64,000 nt of DNA from the NCBI GenBank assembly GCA_963786955.1, contig CAWBAT010000006.1:1024001-1088000 (forward strand). Direction: 5' to 3'. The notes under the pieces are model-generated. The model was not told where the DNA came from and did no database searches. It worked only from the letters and a program-made list of their open reading frames with translations. Below are positions 31,460-41,923 of the stretch, in pieces. A program made the position numbers and the translations under genes. Origin of the DNA: an uncultured Acidimicrobiia bacterium. Its GTDB lineage: Bacteria > Acidobacteriota > Terriglobia > Versatilivoradales > Versatilivoraceae. The stretch's first letter is position 1. The number at the start of each line of letters is the position of its first letter.

Positions 31460-32524
31460 ATGAAACGCAGGTTCCAACCGTTATGGGGAGTTCTCCTCAC
31501 TACTCTTCTCACCGTCTCCGCGCTCGCTGCGGACAAGCTTCCAACTGTCGTCGTTCTCGCGACTGGGGGCACCATCGCCGGAGCGGCAGCGAGCGATGTT
31601 CAGGCGTCCTACACCTCCGGCCAAGTGGGTGTCGAGCAGCTTCTCGCCGCCGTGCCTCAGACGAAGAAGCTCGCTATGCTGCGGGGAGAGCAGATCTCGA
31701 ACATCGGCTCGCAGGACATGAATGACGAAGTCTGGCTGAAGCTGGCCCGCCGCGTTAACGAGCTTACCGCCATGCCGGATGTGGATGGTGTCGTCATCAC
31801 CCACGGCACTGACACCATCGAAGAGACCGCTTATTTCTTAAATCTCGTCGTCAAGTCGAAAAAACCTGTCGTCCTGACCGCGGCCATGCGCCCATCGACA
31901 GCCCTTTCGGCTGACGGCCCGCTCAACTTCTTCAATGCTGTGGCCGTGGCAGCTAACAAGGATGCAGCAGGCCGTGGCGTGCTGGTGGTGGTCAACGACT
32001 GGATCCACGGCGCCGCCTCTCTCACCAAGACCAGCACCACAGCCGTGCAGACGTTTCTCTCCCCGGTGCGGGGCCTCATCGGCACAGTTGCTTACGGCGA
32101 GATCGAGTTCTATCGTGGTCCCGTGGGCCGAAGCACCACGGACTCAGAGTTCTCGCTGGACGGGGTAACGGCCCTGCCCCGCGTGGACATCATCATGGCC
32201 TACGAGAATATGGATGGAAAACTCATCGAGGCCGCAGTTGCGATTGGGGCGAAGGGAATCGTGATCGCTGGTGTAGGCAACGGCAATATGACGGAGGCAG
32301 CCCTCAACGCACTCGCCGCACAGTCGAAGAAAGGCATCGTCTGCGTGCGTTCTTCGCGTGTGACCACAGGCCGGGTGGGACGTAAGGTTGAAGTAGACGA
32401 CGACAAATTGGGTCTGGTTGCCTCCGAAGGCTTGAATCCCCAGAAGGCGCGGGTGCTACTCCGACTCGCTCTTCTGAAGCCGCGCAGCTTGGACGACATT
32501 CAGCGGATCTTTCAGGAGTACTAA
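31460..32524 (+). CDS. ansB: Type II (secreted) L-asparaginase/glutaminase-asparaginase
   Basis: Signal peptide ALA|AD, ATGGTIAG, HGTDTIEE, SADGP, LNPQKAR. Confidence 0.93.
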   Translation: MKRRFQPLWGVLLTTLLTVSALAADKLPTVVVLATGGTIAGAAASDVQASYTSGQVGVEQLLAAVPQTKKLAMLRGEQISNIGSQDMNDEVWLKLARRVNELTAMPDVDGVVITHGTDTIEETAYFLNLVVKSKKPVVLTAAMRPSTALSADGPLNFFNAVAVAANKDAAGRGVLVVVNDWIHGAASLTKTSTTAVQTFLSPVRGLIGTVAYGEIEFYRGPVGRSTTDSEFSLDGVTALPRVDIIMAYENMDGKLIEAAVAIGAKGIVIAGVGNGNMTEAALNALAAQSKKGIVCVRSSRVTTGRVGRKVEVDDDKLGLVASEGLNPQKARVLLRLALLKPRSLDDIQRIFQEY

Positions 32525-32756
32525 GATGACTCAGCCAAGGGAAATTGGCCAGTTGGAGCCACGCCTCGCTTCGTTCAGCGTGGCTCCCAGGCGTGTAAGA
32601 AGCAGTGAGTCGATAGTCCTGAATATCGTGTAATCTTTGGTAACCACGGTGAGTGCTTTTGCGAGCCGTGGGCTTTTCACCAGTGAGTTGAACTCGCTCG
32701 TTTTTGAAACGGCAGCAATGCAATGGAATAGATTTGGTTCGAAAGGAGAAGGCAAA

Positions 32757-34407
32757 ATGGAAAAAGGATTGAAGGTCATCAGTAGCGTTGAAAGTAGCTG
32801 TGGGAGTTGTAACACGTCGGGCTGTGCGACATGTGCGCCCGCGCCGGTCAAAACTGCGAGCAAGACTTTGTTGAGCCGGAGGGATCTTGGACTTGCCGCC
32901 TTCGCTTCGGCTGCTGCCACGGTTTTTGCCAGCTGCTCCGGTGCACAACCGCCTCAGCAAACGGCCGAAAAAAGCACCCCCCCTGCTACTCCCGCTCCAA
33001 GCGCGTCTAGCCTGTCTCCGGAACTTGACGTGGTCCAAAGGTCGAAGGGAAACATCATGACAGTGCTCGATGAATTTTACAAAATGGGGCCAGGGCCGTC
33101 GAGTTCGCATACCATGGGTCCGATGCGAATCACTTATGATTTCTTTCAGCGAGTATCCAAGCTCCCGGAAGATCAGCTCAAGCGGGCCACCGCGCTTAAG
33201 GTCCACCTCTATGGCAGCCTCAGCGCTACGGGGAAAGGCCATGGCACCGACCGGGCTTCGCTCGCCGGACTATTGGGCAAGGCGCCGGCCACGTGCCCTC
33301 CCGAGTTCCTGGACGGATTGGCCGCCAATCCCGATCAAACGTACAAGGTCATCATAGGTCCGGCGACCCTTAACCTGTCACTGAAAGACATCATCTTCGA
33401 TGCTCCCAAAGGTGAATTTCACCATCCGAACACGATGACCGCGAAGCTGCTCGCCGGCAAACGAGACACTTTACGAGCTGGAATACTACTCGGTTGGCGG
33501 AGGCTTCATCGAGTGGAAGGGCTACAAGCCGCCGGACAAAGGGCAGCCCAAGTACTCATTCTCACACGCCAAGGATTTGAAAAAGTATCTCTTCGACGAC
33601 AAGATCCTCCTTCCGACATTGCTGCTGGAAAATGAAATGGCTATCTCCGGCAAGAGCGAGAAACAGATCTGGGAATTTCTCGACCAAGTTGCCGAAGTCA
33701 TGGTCCGCGGTGTGGACACCGGGCTCAAAGTCGAAAGTGTTCTCCCCGGCCCCATCCAGTTACACAGCAAGGCCGCTTCAATTTATCGTAACTTGAAGAA
33801 CTCCAACAAAGGAGAAGCTGGCCGTGCCATCACCAAGGTAGCCGCATACGGATTTGCCATGGGCGAGGAAAACGCTCGCGGCCATATCATCGTGACCGCA
33901 CCCACCGCCGGGTCCGCGGGAATTCTGCCGGCAGTCCTCAGGTCCCTTCGGGACCTCAATGTGCCGACTCAGAAGATCCGGGAAGGTTTCCTGGCGGCAG
34001 CGGCAATCGGTTACCTTTGCAAACACAACGCCACTCTGTCCGGCGCTGAAGGCGGCTGCCAGGCGGAGGTTGGAGTCGGCTCCTCGATGGCTGCCGCGAT
34101 GATCGCCCAGGCTTTGGGCGCCAGTCCCAAGGTGGTTTCGAATGCTGCCGAATCGGCCCTTGAACACCACCTCGGCATGACATGTGATCCGGTAGCCGGC
34201 TACGTTCAGGTGCCTTGCATCGAGCGCTGCGCCTATGGGGCGGTTAAGGCATGGACCGCCTATTGCATCGCCAGCGAAGAGATTCCCGAACAACGGCGCG
34301 TGGATCTCGACACCACGATTGCGGCCATGGCCATGACTGCCAAGGACATGAATGCCAAGTACAAAGAGACGTCCGAAGCAGGCTTGGCCGCGTTAGTCCT
34401 TTGTTAG
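32757..34407 (+). CDS. sdaA: Fe-S L-serine ammonia-lyase with Tat-lipoprotein-like leader (one frameshift at ~33460)
   Basis: GPGPSSSHTMGP, LYGSLSATGKGHGTD, YYSVGGG (shifted frame), APTAGSAG, GGCQAEVG, MTCDPVAGYVQVPCIERC; leader LSRRDLGLAAFASAAATVFASC. Confidence 0.9.
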
Positions 34408-34474
34408 AATAGGATATGAGACGAACCTAAGTAGATAACACAAACTAATGCGCCAGATTCTTTAACTTCAATCT

Positions 34475-34575
34475 CATTACCCCCGTGCTTCAGCACGGGG
34501 GTAAAAGAGCCCCTCGCTCCCGCCCCCTGTCGAGCCAGCGGCGCAATGCACAGCACCGCTGGCTCGACAGGGGGA
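34475..34575. repeat. Paired hairpins (REP/terminator-like) after sdaA
   Basis: tacccccgtgcttcagcacgggggta; cccctgtcgagccagcgg...ccgctggctcgacagggg. Confidence 0.55.
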
Positions 34576-34671
34576 AGAAAAAAGCCAATCGATGTCCCCG
34601 AGCTAAAGCGCTGGGCTAATGAATTCTGAGGATTGCTTTTTGAAGGTTACTTTAGCCTGATAGTGAACAAA

Positions 34672-35904
34672 ATGAGTAACCGCACGAAAACGGCCGTTGT
34701 CGCCTGGCTTTTGGCAGCCGTGTATTACTTCTATCAATACACGCTCCGCTCTGCACCTGCCGTCATGATGCCGCAGTTGTCCGAGGCATTTGGGCTCAGT
34801 GCACTCGGTGTAGCCTCCATGGTGGGCTTGTTCTACTACGGGTATTCACCGTTTAGCTTGATCGCTGGTGCCGCTATGGATCGTCTCGGGCCGCGGAAGG
34901 TGATCCCGATTGGTGCCGCGGCGGTTGGCATCGGCGCACTCTTGTTCGGTATGGGCAACCAGGCTGCAGCGAGCACAGGAAGGTTTCTGCAAGGCGCGGG
35001 CGGTGTTTTCGCGCTGGTGGGGGCCGTTTCCATTGCCAGTAAGAATTTTCCGGCCTCCCGTGCCGCAACTTTGATTGGGGCAACGCAAATGTTCGGTATG
35101 GCCGGGGGATCGGCCGGCCAGTCAGTGGTCGGGCCAATGATCGCCGGTGGACTCGCCTGGAATCACTTTTGGGTTGGGATGGGCATCACCGGCTTGCTGA
35201 TCAGTGTTCTTCTTTTTATGTTTCTTCCGCGGCAGGAGCAAACAGTCCGAAGTGGCTGGCTGAAGAGCGCAGCTGGAGCTTTAGGCTCCGTTTTCAAAAA
35301 CCCGCAGTCGATCCTTTGCGGCCTGATCGCAGGGCTGCTCTTTATTCCGACGACGATCTTCGACATGATCTGGGGCGTCCGTTTCCTTCAGGAAGCACAC
35401 GGTTTTGACTATGCATCGGCGGTGATGCGTTCGTCAATGGTACCTCTCGGGTGGATCATCGGTTGTCCGCTGCTGGGTCTGCTCTCAGATCGGATCGGGC
35501 GTAGGAAACCGGTGATTATCGGAGGGGCGATCGTTCTTTTAGCGTGTCTCGCCTGGGCGCTCTATGGCAGCCCCAACATCTTCCCTCCTTACGTCATCGG
35601 CTTGGCAGCGGGACTCGGGTCAGGCGCGGCGATGCTGCCGTACACGGTGATTAAGGAAGCGAACCCTCCGGAGTTCAGCGGCACAGCCACCGGGGTGGTC
35701 AATTTTCTGAATTTCACCTTCAGCGCACTGCTGGGGCCGGTGTTTGGACGGATTCTCCAGAAGGTATCGGGCGGGGCCTCGCAAATGACGCTGGAGCATT
35801 ACCAGGCTGGATTTGAGCCGCTTCTGTATGGTGTGGCCATTGCTATTGTGCTCACTTTTCTTTTGAAAGAGACAGGGCCGGCATGTCAAAAAAACGTCTC
35901 ATGA
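34672..35904 (+). CDS. MFS transporter
   Basis: Hydrophobic multi-TM protein, GAAMDRLGPRK and GLLSDRIGRRK motif A copies. Confidence 0.9.
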   Translation: MSNRTKTAVVAWLLAAVYYFYQYTLRSAPAVMMPQLSEAFGLSALGVASMVGLFYYGYSPFSLIAGAAMDRLGPRKVIPIGAAAVGIGALLFGMGNQAAASTGRFLQGAGGVFALVGAVSIASKNFPASRAATLIGATQMFGMAGGSAGQSVVGPMIAGGLAWNHFWVGMGITGLLISVLLFMFLPRQEQTVRSGWLKSAAGALGSVFKNPQSILCGLIAGLLFIPTTIFDMIWGVRFLQEAHGFDYASAVMRSSMVPLGWIIGCPLLGLLSDRIGRRKPVIIGGAIVLLACLAWALYGSPNIFPPYVIGLAAGLGSGAAMLPYTVIKEANPPEFSGTATGVVNFLNFTFSALLGPVFGRILQKVSGGASQMTLEHYQAGFEPLLYGVAIAIVLTFLLKETGPACQKNVS

Positions 35905-35959
35905 CGCTGTGCGGCGCCACGTTCCATGAAAATGAGTCCCCTCCTCTAGAGGGGTGCAG

Positions 35960-36062
35960 GGGTGGGTTGCCGCGAGCCGGAAAGACCCACCCCTGAAGGC
36001 TAAAGCCTTCTTTCCCCTCCCAAGAGGGGATTCCAAGGAGAAAAGGATATGAATCGCAAGCC
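35960..36062 (+). repeat. 103-bp direct repeat, copy 1
   Basis: gggtgggttgccgcgagccgg...aaggagaaaaggatatgaatcgcaagcc identical to 36656-36758. Confidence 0.9.
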
Positions 36063-36179
36063 AGGATACCGGTCATTCTCACCAGCCGGGCGAACAGCGT
36101 CCAGGCCGGCACGGCTGGCTGCGCCGTGGGGATGCTTGCGGTTCATCCGAAACGTCAAGGAATAGTGAGGGAGAGCTGA
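36063..36179 (+). pseudogene. C-terminal remnant of phosphate acetyl/butyryltransferase
   Basis: RIPVILTSRANSVQAGTAGCAVGMLAV resembles the Pta/Ptb C-terminal consensus GARVPIILTSRADS. Confidence 0.65.
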
Positions 36180-36182
36180 AGC

Positions 36183-36260
36183 ATGTCTGACAAACGTCCT
36201 ATGACAATCGACGGTAACGAGGCCGCGGCCTCAGTGGCCTACTTCAGAACGATTCAATAG
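36183..36260 (+). pseudogene. N-terminal remnant of pyruvate:ferredoxin/flavodoxin oxidoreductase
   Basis: MSDKRPMTIDGNEAAASVAY followed by a stop 5 codons later; matches the NifJ/PFOR start motif DGNEAAA-VAY. Confidence 0.7.
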
Positions 36261-36283
36261 TTTCGCAATTGAAAGGAGAAGTT

Positions 36284-36574
36284 ATGAACGGGAACAGGCT
36301 TATCCTTGCTTGTGGGCTTCTGCTTTGCCTCGTGGGAATTTCTTGTGAGAAGAATCAGATGCCAGTGCGTCCTGAACTAAAGTTGAGTTTTGAGGCAATC
36401 AAAACCCAAAATTCTATCCCTGCGGAGTATGGAGAACTGGAAGGGGTTGTCGCAGATTCGCCAAACTTCGCAAGGATGTTTTTTGAAAAGGAAGACAAGA
36501 GTATTATTGTCGTCACCGTCAATGTGGTCGACGGATTCCTTCAAGATCGTGTCCTCGTTATTCCACGCAAGTAG
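36284..36574 (+). CDS. Small hypothetical lipoprotein
   Basis: AAAGGAG RBS; MNGNRLILACGLLLCLVGIS|C lipobox-like. Confidence 0.7.
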   Translation: MNGNRLILACGLLLCLVGISCEKNQMPVRPELKLSFEAIKTQNSIPAEYGELEGVVADSPNFARMFFEKEDKSIIVVTVNVVDGFLQDRVLVIPRK

Positions 36575-36655
36575 TAGACCAATGGGGCCGCTTCCAGACA
36601 GCTTTCACCGCGTCCGGAATGATGGATGTGTGGATAGGATCTGCCAAGAGTCCAC

Positions 36656-36758
36656 GGGTGGGTTGCCGCGAGCCGGAAAGACCCACCCCTGAAGGCTAAA
36701 GCCTTCTTTCCCCTCCCAAGAGGGGATTCCAAGGAGAAAAGGATATGAATCGCAAGCC
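36656..36758 (+). repeat. 103-bp direct repeat, copy 2
   Basis: Identical to 35960-36062. Confidence 0.9.
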
Positions 36759-36790
36759 CGGAACTGCAAAAAACGAAAGGCTGTGACTCA

Positions 36791-37975
36791 ATGGATGATT
36801 ATGCTCTGGTACTCAATGCCGGATCATCGAGCTTGAAATTCTGTGTCTATCGGCGATCAGAGGGTGAAAGTTGGCGTCTGGAAGCTCGAGGACAAATCGA
36901 AGGCATCGGAACATCGCCCCGGTTATCTGCCAAAGATGCTGCGGGCGCAAGCCTCGCTGATCAGACCTTGGATGCGACCGTACGTGATGGGCGTCGGGCG
37001 CTGGATGCTCTGGCCGGCTGGCTTCGCTCCAGGTATGGCGGCAGCCGAGTCCTGGGTGTCGGGCATCGCGTGGTTCATGGCGGAGCGCTGCACGCCCGAC
37101 CCACCGTTGTAAGCCGAGAAGTTCTGGCGGAGTTGCACCAACTGATTCCTCTGGCTCCATTACACCAGCCTCATAATCTGGCAGCCATTGAAGCGGTTTT
37201 CGAGCGACTGCCCGACGTACCGCAAGTCGCTTGTTTCGACACGAGCTTTCATCGCGGTCATTCGGCCGTTGCGGATCTGGTACCGCTACCACGCGACCTT
37301 TGTCAATCAGGACTGCAGCGCTACGGTTTCCATGGACTATCCTACGAATACATCGCTTCAGTTTTGCCACAGGTTGCGCCGGAGATCGCCCAGGGACGAG
37401 TGATCGTCGCCCATCTGGGAAGCGGCGCCAGTTTGTGCGCCCTCAAGGACGGGAAAAGCATTGATAGCACTCTTAGCTTCACAGCTCTCGATGGGCTCTG
37501 CATGGGAACCAGGCCGGGCACAGTCGATCCTGGCGTCATTCTGTATCTTTTTCAAAACCTGGGACTCTCTGCCAAGCAAGTGGAGGATATCCTCTACAAG
37601 AAATCGGGATTGCTGGGCATTTCCGGCATCAGTAACGACATGCGTGATCTGCTTTCCAGCAGTGAACCTGGAGCCCGCCTGGCCGTGGACTACTTCGTAT
37701 ACCGTGCTGCTAAAGAGATCGGCGCCCTCGCCGCTGTGTTGGGCGGCATCGATGGACTGGTGTTCACCGCGGGCATTGGAGAGAACTCAGCTGAACTCCG
37801 CCGGCGCATCTGTGAATCGTCTGCTTGGCTGGGTGTGGAGTTCGACGCAGAAGCCAACGCCCGCAAAGGTCCGCGAATCTCGCACCCGGGCAGCAAGGTC
37901 TCGGCTTGGGTGATCCCGACCAACGAAGAGTTGATGATCGCCCGGCATACCGGGCGGCTGCTGGGATTGATATAA
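36791..37975 (+). CDS. ackA: Acetate/propionate kinase
   Basis: LNAGSSSLKF, GHRVVHGG, APLHQP, RYGFHGLSY, FTAGIGEN, IPTNEE. Confidence 0.95.
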   Translation: MDDYALVLNAGSSSLKFCVYRRSEGESWRLEARGQIEGIGTSPRLSAKDAAGASLADQTLDATVRDGRRALDALAGWLRSRYGGSRVLGVGHRVVHGGALHARPTVVSREVLAELHQLIPLAPLHQPHNLAAIEAVFERLPDVPQVACFDTSFHRGHSAVADLVPLPRDLCQSGLQRYGFHGLSYEYIASVLPQVAPEIAQGRVIVAHLGSGASLCALKDGKSIDSTLSFTALDGLCMGTRPGTVDPGVILYLFQNLGLSAKQVEDILYKKSGLLGISGISNDMRDLLSSSEPGARLAVDYFVYRAAKEIGALAAVLGGIDGLVFTAGIGENSAELRRRICESSAWLGVEFDAEANARKGPRISHPGSKVSAWVIPTNEELMIARHTGRLLGLI

Positions 37976-38204
37976 GGAGCCATGCACGCCCCGGTGCGGC
38001 ACCACCAAGGATGAAAGTACGGATTCCCCCTTTGAAGGGGGTGGATCGGCGGGCGATTGTGACCGCCTGTTCTGTTTGGCGACCTCATGGACACCCTACC
38101 GCGGGCAGCCCCGAAGGATGAAAATGAGTCCCCTCCATGGAGGGGTGTAGGGGTGGGTTTCGAACGGGAACCCACCCCTCAAGGGATTTTCAGGAGGAGC
38201 TACC

Positions 38205-40464
38205 ATGAGCACTACTACAAAGATGACCTCAGAAGGAGTGATGCTGGCCTGGCGGTGCTTTCAGCCAGGCCTATGGCAGAAAGAAATCAACGTTCGCGAT
38301 TTCATCCAGCAGAACTACACGCCCTACGAGGGAGACGACTCCTTCCTTGCGCCCCCGACGGAGCGCACCACGAAGATCTGGAATCATTTGAAGGAACTGT
38401 TTGTGGAGGAGCGCAGAAAAGGGGTCCTCGACGTCTCCGTAATTCCAAGTTCCATTACCGCGCACGGACCGGGCTACATTGATCGCGAGAATGAAGTCAT
38501 CGTCGGTCTTCAGACCGAGGCGCCGCTCAAACGCGCCATTATGCCCAATGGTGGATTTCGCATGGTTGTCAACGCCCTCAAAGCGTACGGCTACAAGCCC
38601 GATCCGCACGTTGTTGAGACATTCACCAAATATCGCAAGACGCACAACGAGGCCGTGTTCGATGCCTACACGGCAGACGTCAGGCGGTGTCGCAGCTCGC
38701 ACATCCTCACTGGCCTGCCCGACGCTTACGGGCGCGGCCGCATCATTGGCGACTACCGCCGCGTGGCCCTTTACGGGGTCTCCCGGCTCATTGAACGGAA
38801 ACAGCAGGAAAAACTCAGCCTCGATGCAGCCATGTCAACGGAAGAGATTATCCGCGACCGGGAAGAACTCAGCGAGCAGACCCGGGCGCTCAAAGAACTG
38901 CAGCAGATGGCCGCCAGTTACGGATTCGATATCTCGTTGCCGGCCAGCAATGCCCGAGAAGCCGTCCAGTGGCTTTACTTTGGCTATCTGGCGGCCGTGA
39001 AAGAACAGAACGGCGCCGCCATGTCTTTAGGCCGGACGTCGAGTTTCCTCGACATCTACTTTGAACGGGACCTTGCGGCTGGCACGATCACCGAGGCCGA
39101 GGCCCAGGAGATCGTCGATGATTTCGTGATTAAACTGCGCATCGTTCGCTTTTTGCGCACACCGGAATACGATGACCTTTTCGCCGGCGATCCTACTTGG
39201 GTCACCGAGTCGATTGGCGGCATGGGAGACGACGGCCGGACGCTGGTAACGAAAACGAGCTTTCGCTTTCTCCAGACCCTCTACAACCTCGGCCCTGCCC
39301 CGGAGCCGAATCTGACCATCTGGTATTCCCCGCGTCTTCCCGATGGCTTTCGGCATTTCTCCGCCAAAGTCGCGATCGACACGAGTTCCCTTCAATTCGA
39401 AAACGACGAAATCATGCGCCGCGCTTGGGGCGACGACGGAGCGATCGCCTGCTGTGTGTCTCCGATGCTGGTCGGCAAGCAGATGCAGTTTTTCGGCGCC
39501 AGGGCCAATCTCGCCAAGTGTCTGCTTTACGCCATCAATGGCGGGCGGGACGAAATCAGTGGAAAACAGGTGGCCCCCAACTTTGGAGGAGTCCAAGGCG
39601 AAATCCTCGAATTCGATGACGTGAGGGAGAAGTTCGAGAAGATGATGGATTGGCTTGCCAAATGTGTACGTCAATGCCATGAACATCATTCACTTCATGC
39701 ATGACAAGTACGCCTATGAACGCATCGAAATGGCATTGCACGACTACGCCCCGCTGCGGACGATGGCGTTCGGCATCGCAGGCCTGTCCGTCGTGGCCGA
39801 CAGCCTGTCGGCGATCCGAGACGCAAGAGTGCGTGTGCTGCGGGACGAGACCGGGCTCGTGACCGGCTATCAGACCGAAGGTGATTTCCCCAAGTTCGGC
39901 AACAACGACAATCGCGTTGACCACCTCGCTACCTGGGCAGTGAGCACCTTCATGAGCAAGTTGAGGAAGTACCCCACTTATCGAAATGCGCTGCACACCC
40001 AATCGGTCCTGACAATCACTTCGAACGTCGTGTACGGAAAAAACACTGGCGATACTCCAGACGGGCGGCATCGCGGGGAACCCTTTGCTCCAGGTGCGAA
40101 TCCAATGCATGGTCGGGATCAACATGGCATCCACGCATCGGCGGCATCGGTTGCGAAGATCCCGTATCGTGATGCTGCTGACGGAATCTCGTATACCGTG
40201 TCGATGGTGCCGCAAGGCCTTGGAAGAGTCGCGGAGGACCGGATAACCAATCTGACAAGCATGCTCGATGCATTCTTTGGCAGCACCGGCTATCACATGA
40301 ACGTGAACGTGTTTAATCGCGAGACACTTCTGGACGCGATGGATCATCCCGAAAAGTACCCGCACCTGACGATTCGCGTGTCCGGCTATGCAGTCAATTT
40401 CGTGCGATTGACTCGAGAACAACAATTGGATGTGATCAATCGCACCTTCCACGGATCCGTGTAA
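38205..40464 (+). CDS. pflB: Pyruvate formate-lyase (one frameshift at ~39660)
   Basis: [56 protein letters not shown] glycyl radical loop. Confidence 0.95.
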
Positions 40465-40465
40465 C

Positions 40466-41311
40466 ATGAGTGATAGCCCGCAGGTACAGCCAGTTTCTTT
40501 GGAGGCGAAGAGTCCCTTCGAACTTCGCGTCAACCTGGGCCAGCATGTTCCGGAGACCGACGTCCGAACGGCACTCGCCACTGGAGATATGGGCTTCGTT
40601 CACTCGTTTACCACAGGGTCGACTTGGATGGACCCGGAGTGCGTGTGGTGGCCTGGCTCACCGGCTGCCAGTTTCGCTGCCTCTACTGCCACAATCCCGA
40701 TACCTGGAGAATGACGAACGGAGTTCCAGTCACCCTGGAAAGGGCGAAAGCCCAACTCGGCGAAGTACCGCCACGGGCTTAAGGTCATGAAGGGTGGGCT
40801 CACCGTGAGCGGTGGCGAACCCTTGATGCAAGACCGGTTTGTCGTCAAGCTATTCACTGCTGCGCAAGCCATGGGAATTCATACGGCTCTCGACAGCAAC
40901 GGATACTTGGGCAGTCGCCTTACCGATGAGGATCTGGAGAAGATTGACCTGGTACTGCTGGACATTAAGGCCTGGGACCCAGAGCGGCATCACCGGCTGA
41001 CCGGCATGGACCCGGGTCCAGTGTTTGAGTTTGCGCGCCGTCTGGCAATCCGCCAAAAACCTGTCTGGCTGCGCTACGTGCTGGTGGCTGGGTTGACGGA
41101 CGACCCGGAAGAAATCGCCCATATTGCCGACTTCACTGCCAACCTGGGTAACGTGGAACGGGTCGATGTATTACCCTTTCATCAGATGGGCGCATTCAAG
41201 TGGAAGCAGCTCGGCATCGAATATAAACTTCAGGATGCGGAACCACCATCAAAGGAAACCCTCGATAATGTATGCGCTCAGTTCCGGTCGGCAGGGCTCA
41301 AGGTCTACTGA
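40466..41311 (+). CDS. pflA: PFL-activating radical SAM enzyme (frameshifted)
   Basis: [27 protein letters not shown] (read manually), [18 protein letters not shown]. Confidence 0.92.
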
Positions 41312-41389
41312 ATTTATGGCTGCGATTCGATCAACGTCCGAACTTAACCTCCAGAAAGCGCTCACAATGTTGTCGTCTTAACAAACTCA

Positions 41390-41923
41390 AACGCCGGGTC
41401 GGTGACCCGGCCTACAACTTTGTAGGCCGCTTAGAGTTTGGACATTGGAGCAGGCCAGATGCCTGCAGCTGGAGATTGGACATTTGTGCAAGTTTGTAGT
41501 GCCGGCTTTAGCCGGTCCTGAACATCACCGCCTGAAGGCGGTACTACAAACTTGTGGTGCGGGCGTCCTCGCCTGCCGCCGACAGAACGAAACGCCAGGA
41601 GCGCCAAGCACGCCAAGAAAAGAGGATACACGTCAGTCAACCGCCCGATCTTATCCTACCCGTAGTTCTTCCGGATGCTTTCTGGCTACCCGCTGGATGC
41701 CGTCGCGCAACAATATCACGTTCCAAATCCTTAGCGACTTCGTCGGCGGTCTAGAAGGTTCGTACTCTTGGCGACCTTTGCGTTCTTGGCGTTTCCCAAT
41801 TCTGGGAGTCATCTGCTCAACGGAGGATCCCGAAATGAACCGATCATCCAAGCTTAGGTTAGCGCTTATGGGTCAACGTCCCCGGCTACAGCCATTACCG
41901 CAATTTTATGCAACTGAGCACTA
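41390..41923. repeat. Composite REP/MITE cluster between convergent operons
   Basis: GTAG-REP hairpins, an inverted pair gaaacgccaggagcgccaag / cttggcgacctttgcgttcttggcgtttc, and a MITE end as at 21310-21354. Confidence 0.65.

Noticed and set aside
33450-33470. Programmed frameshift or natural alpha/beta split in sdaA (and similarly pflB, dcu)
   Set aside because: Single-base indels, mostly in short homopolymers, occur in many unrelated genes; sequencing error is more parsimonious
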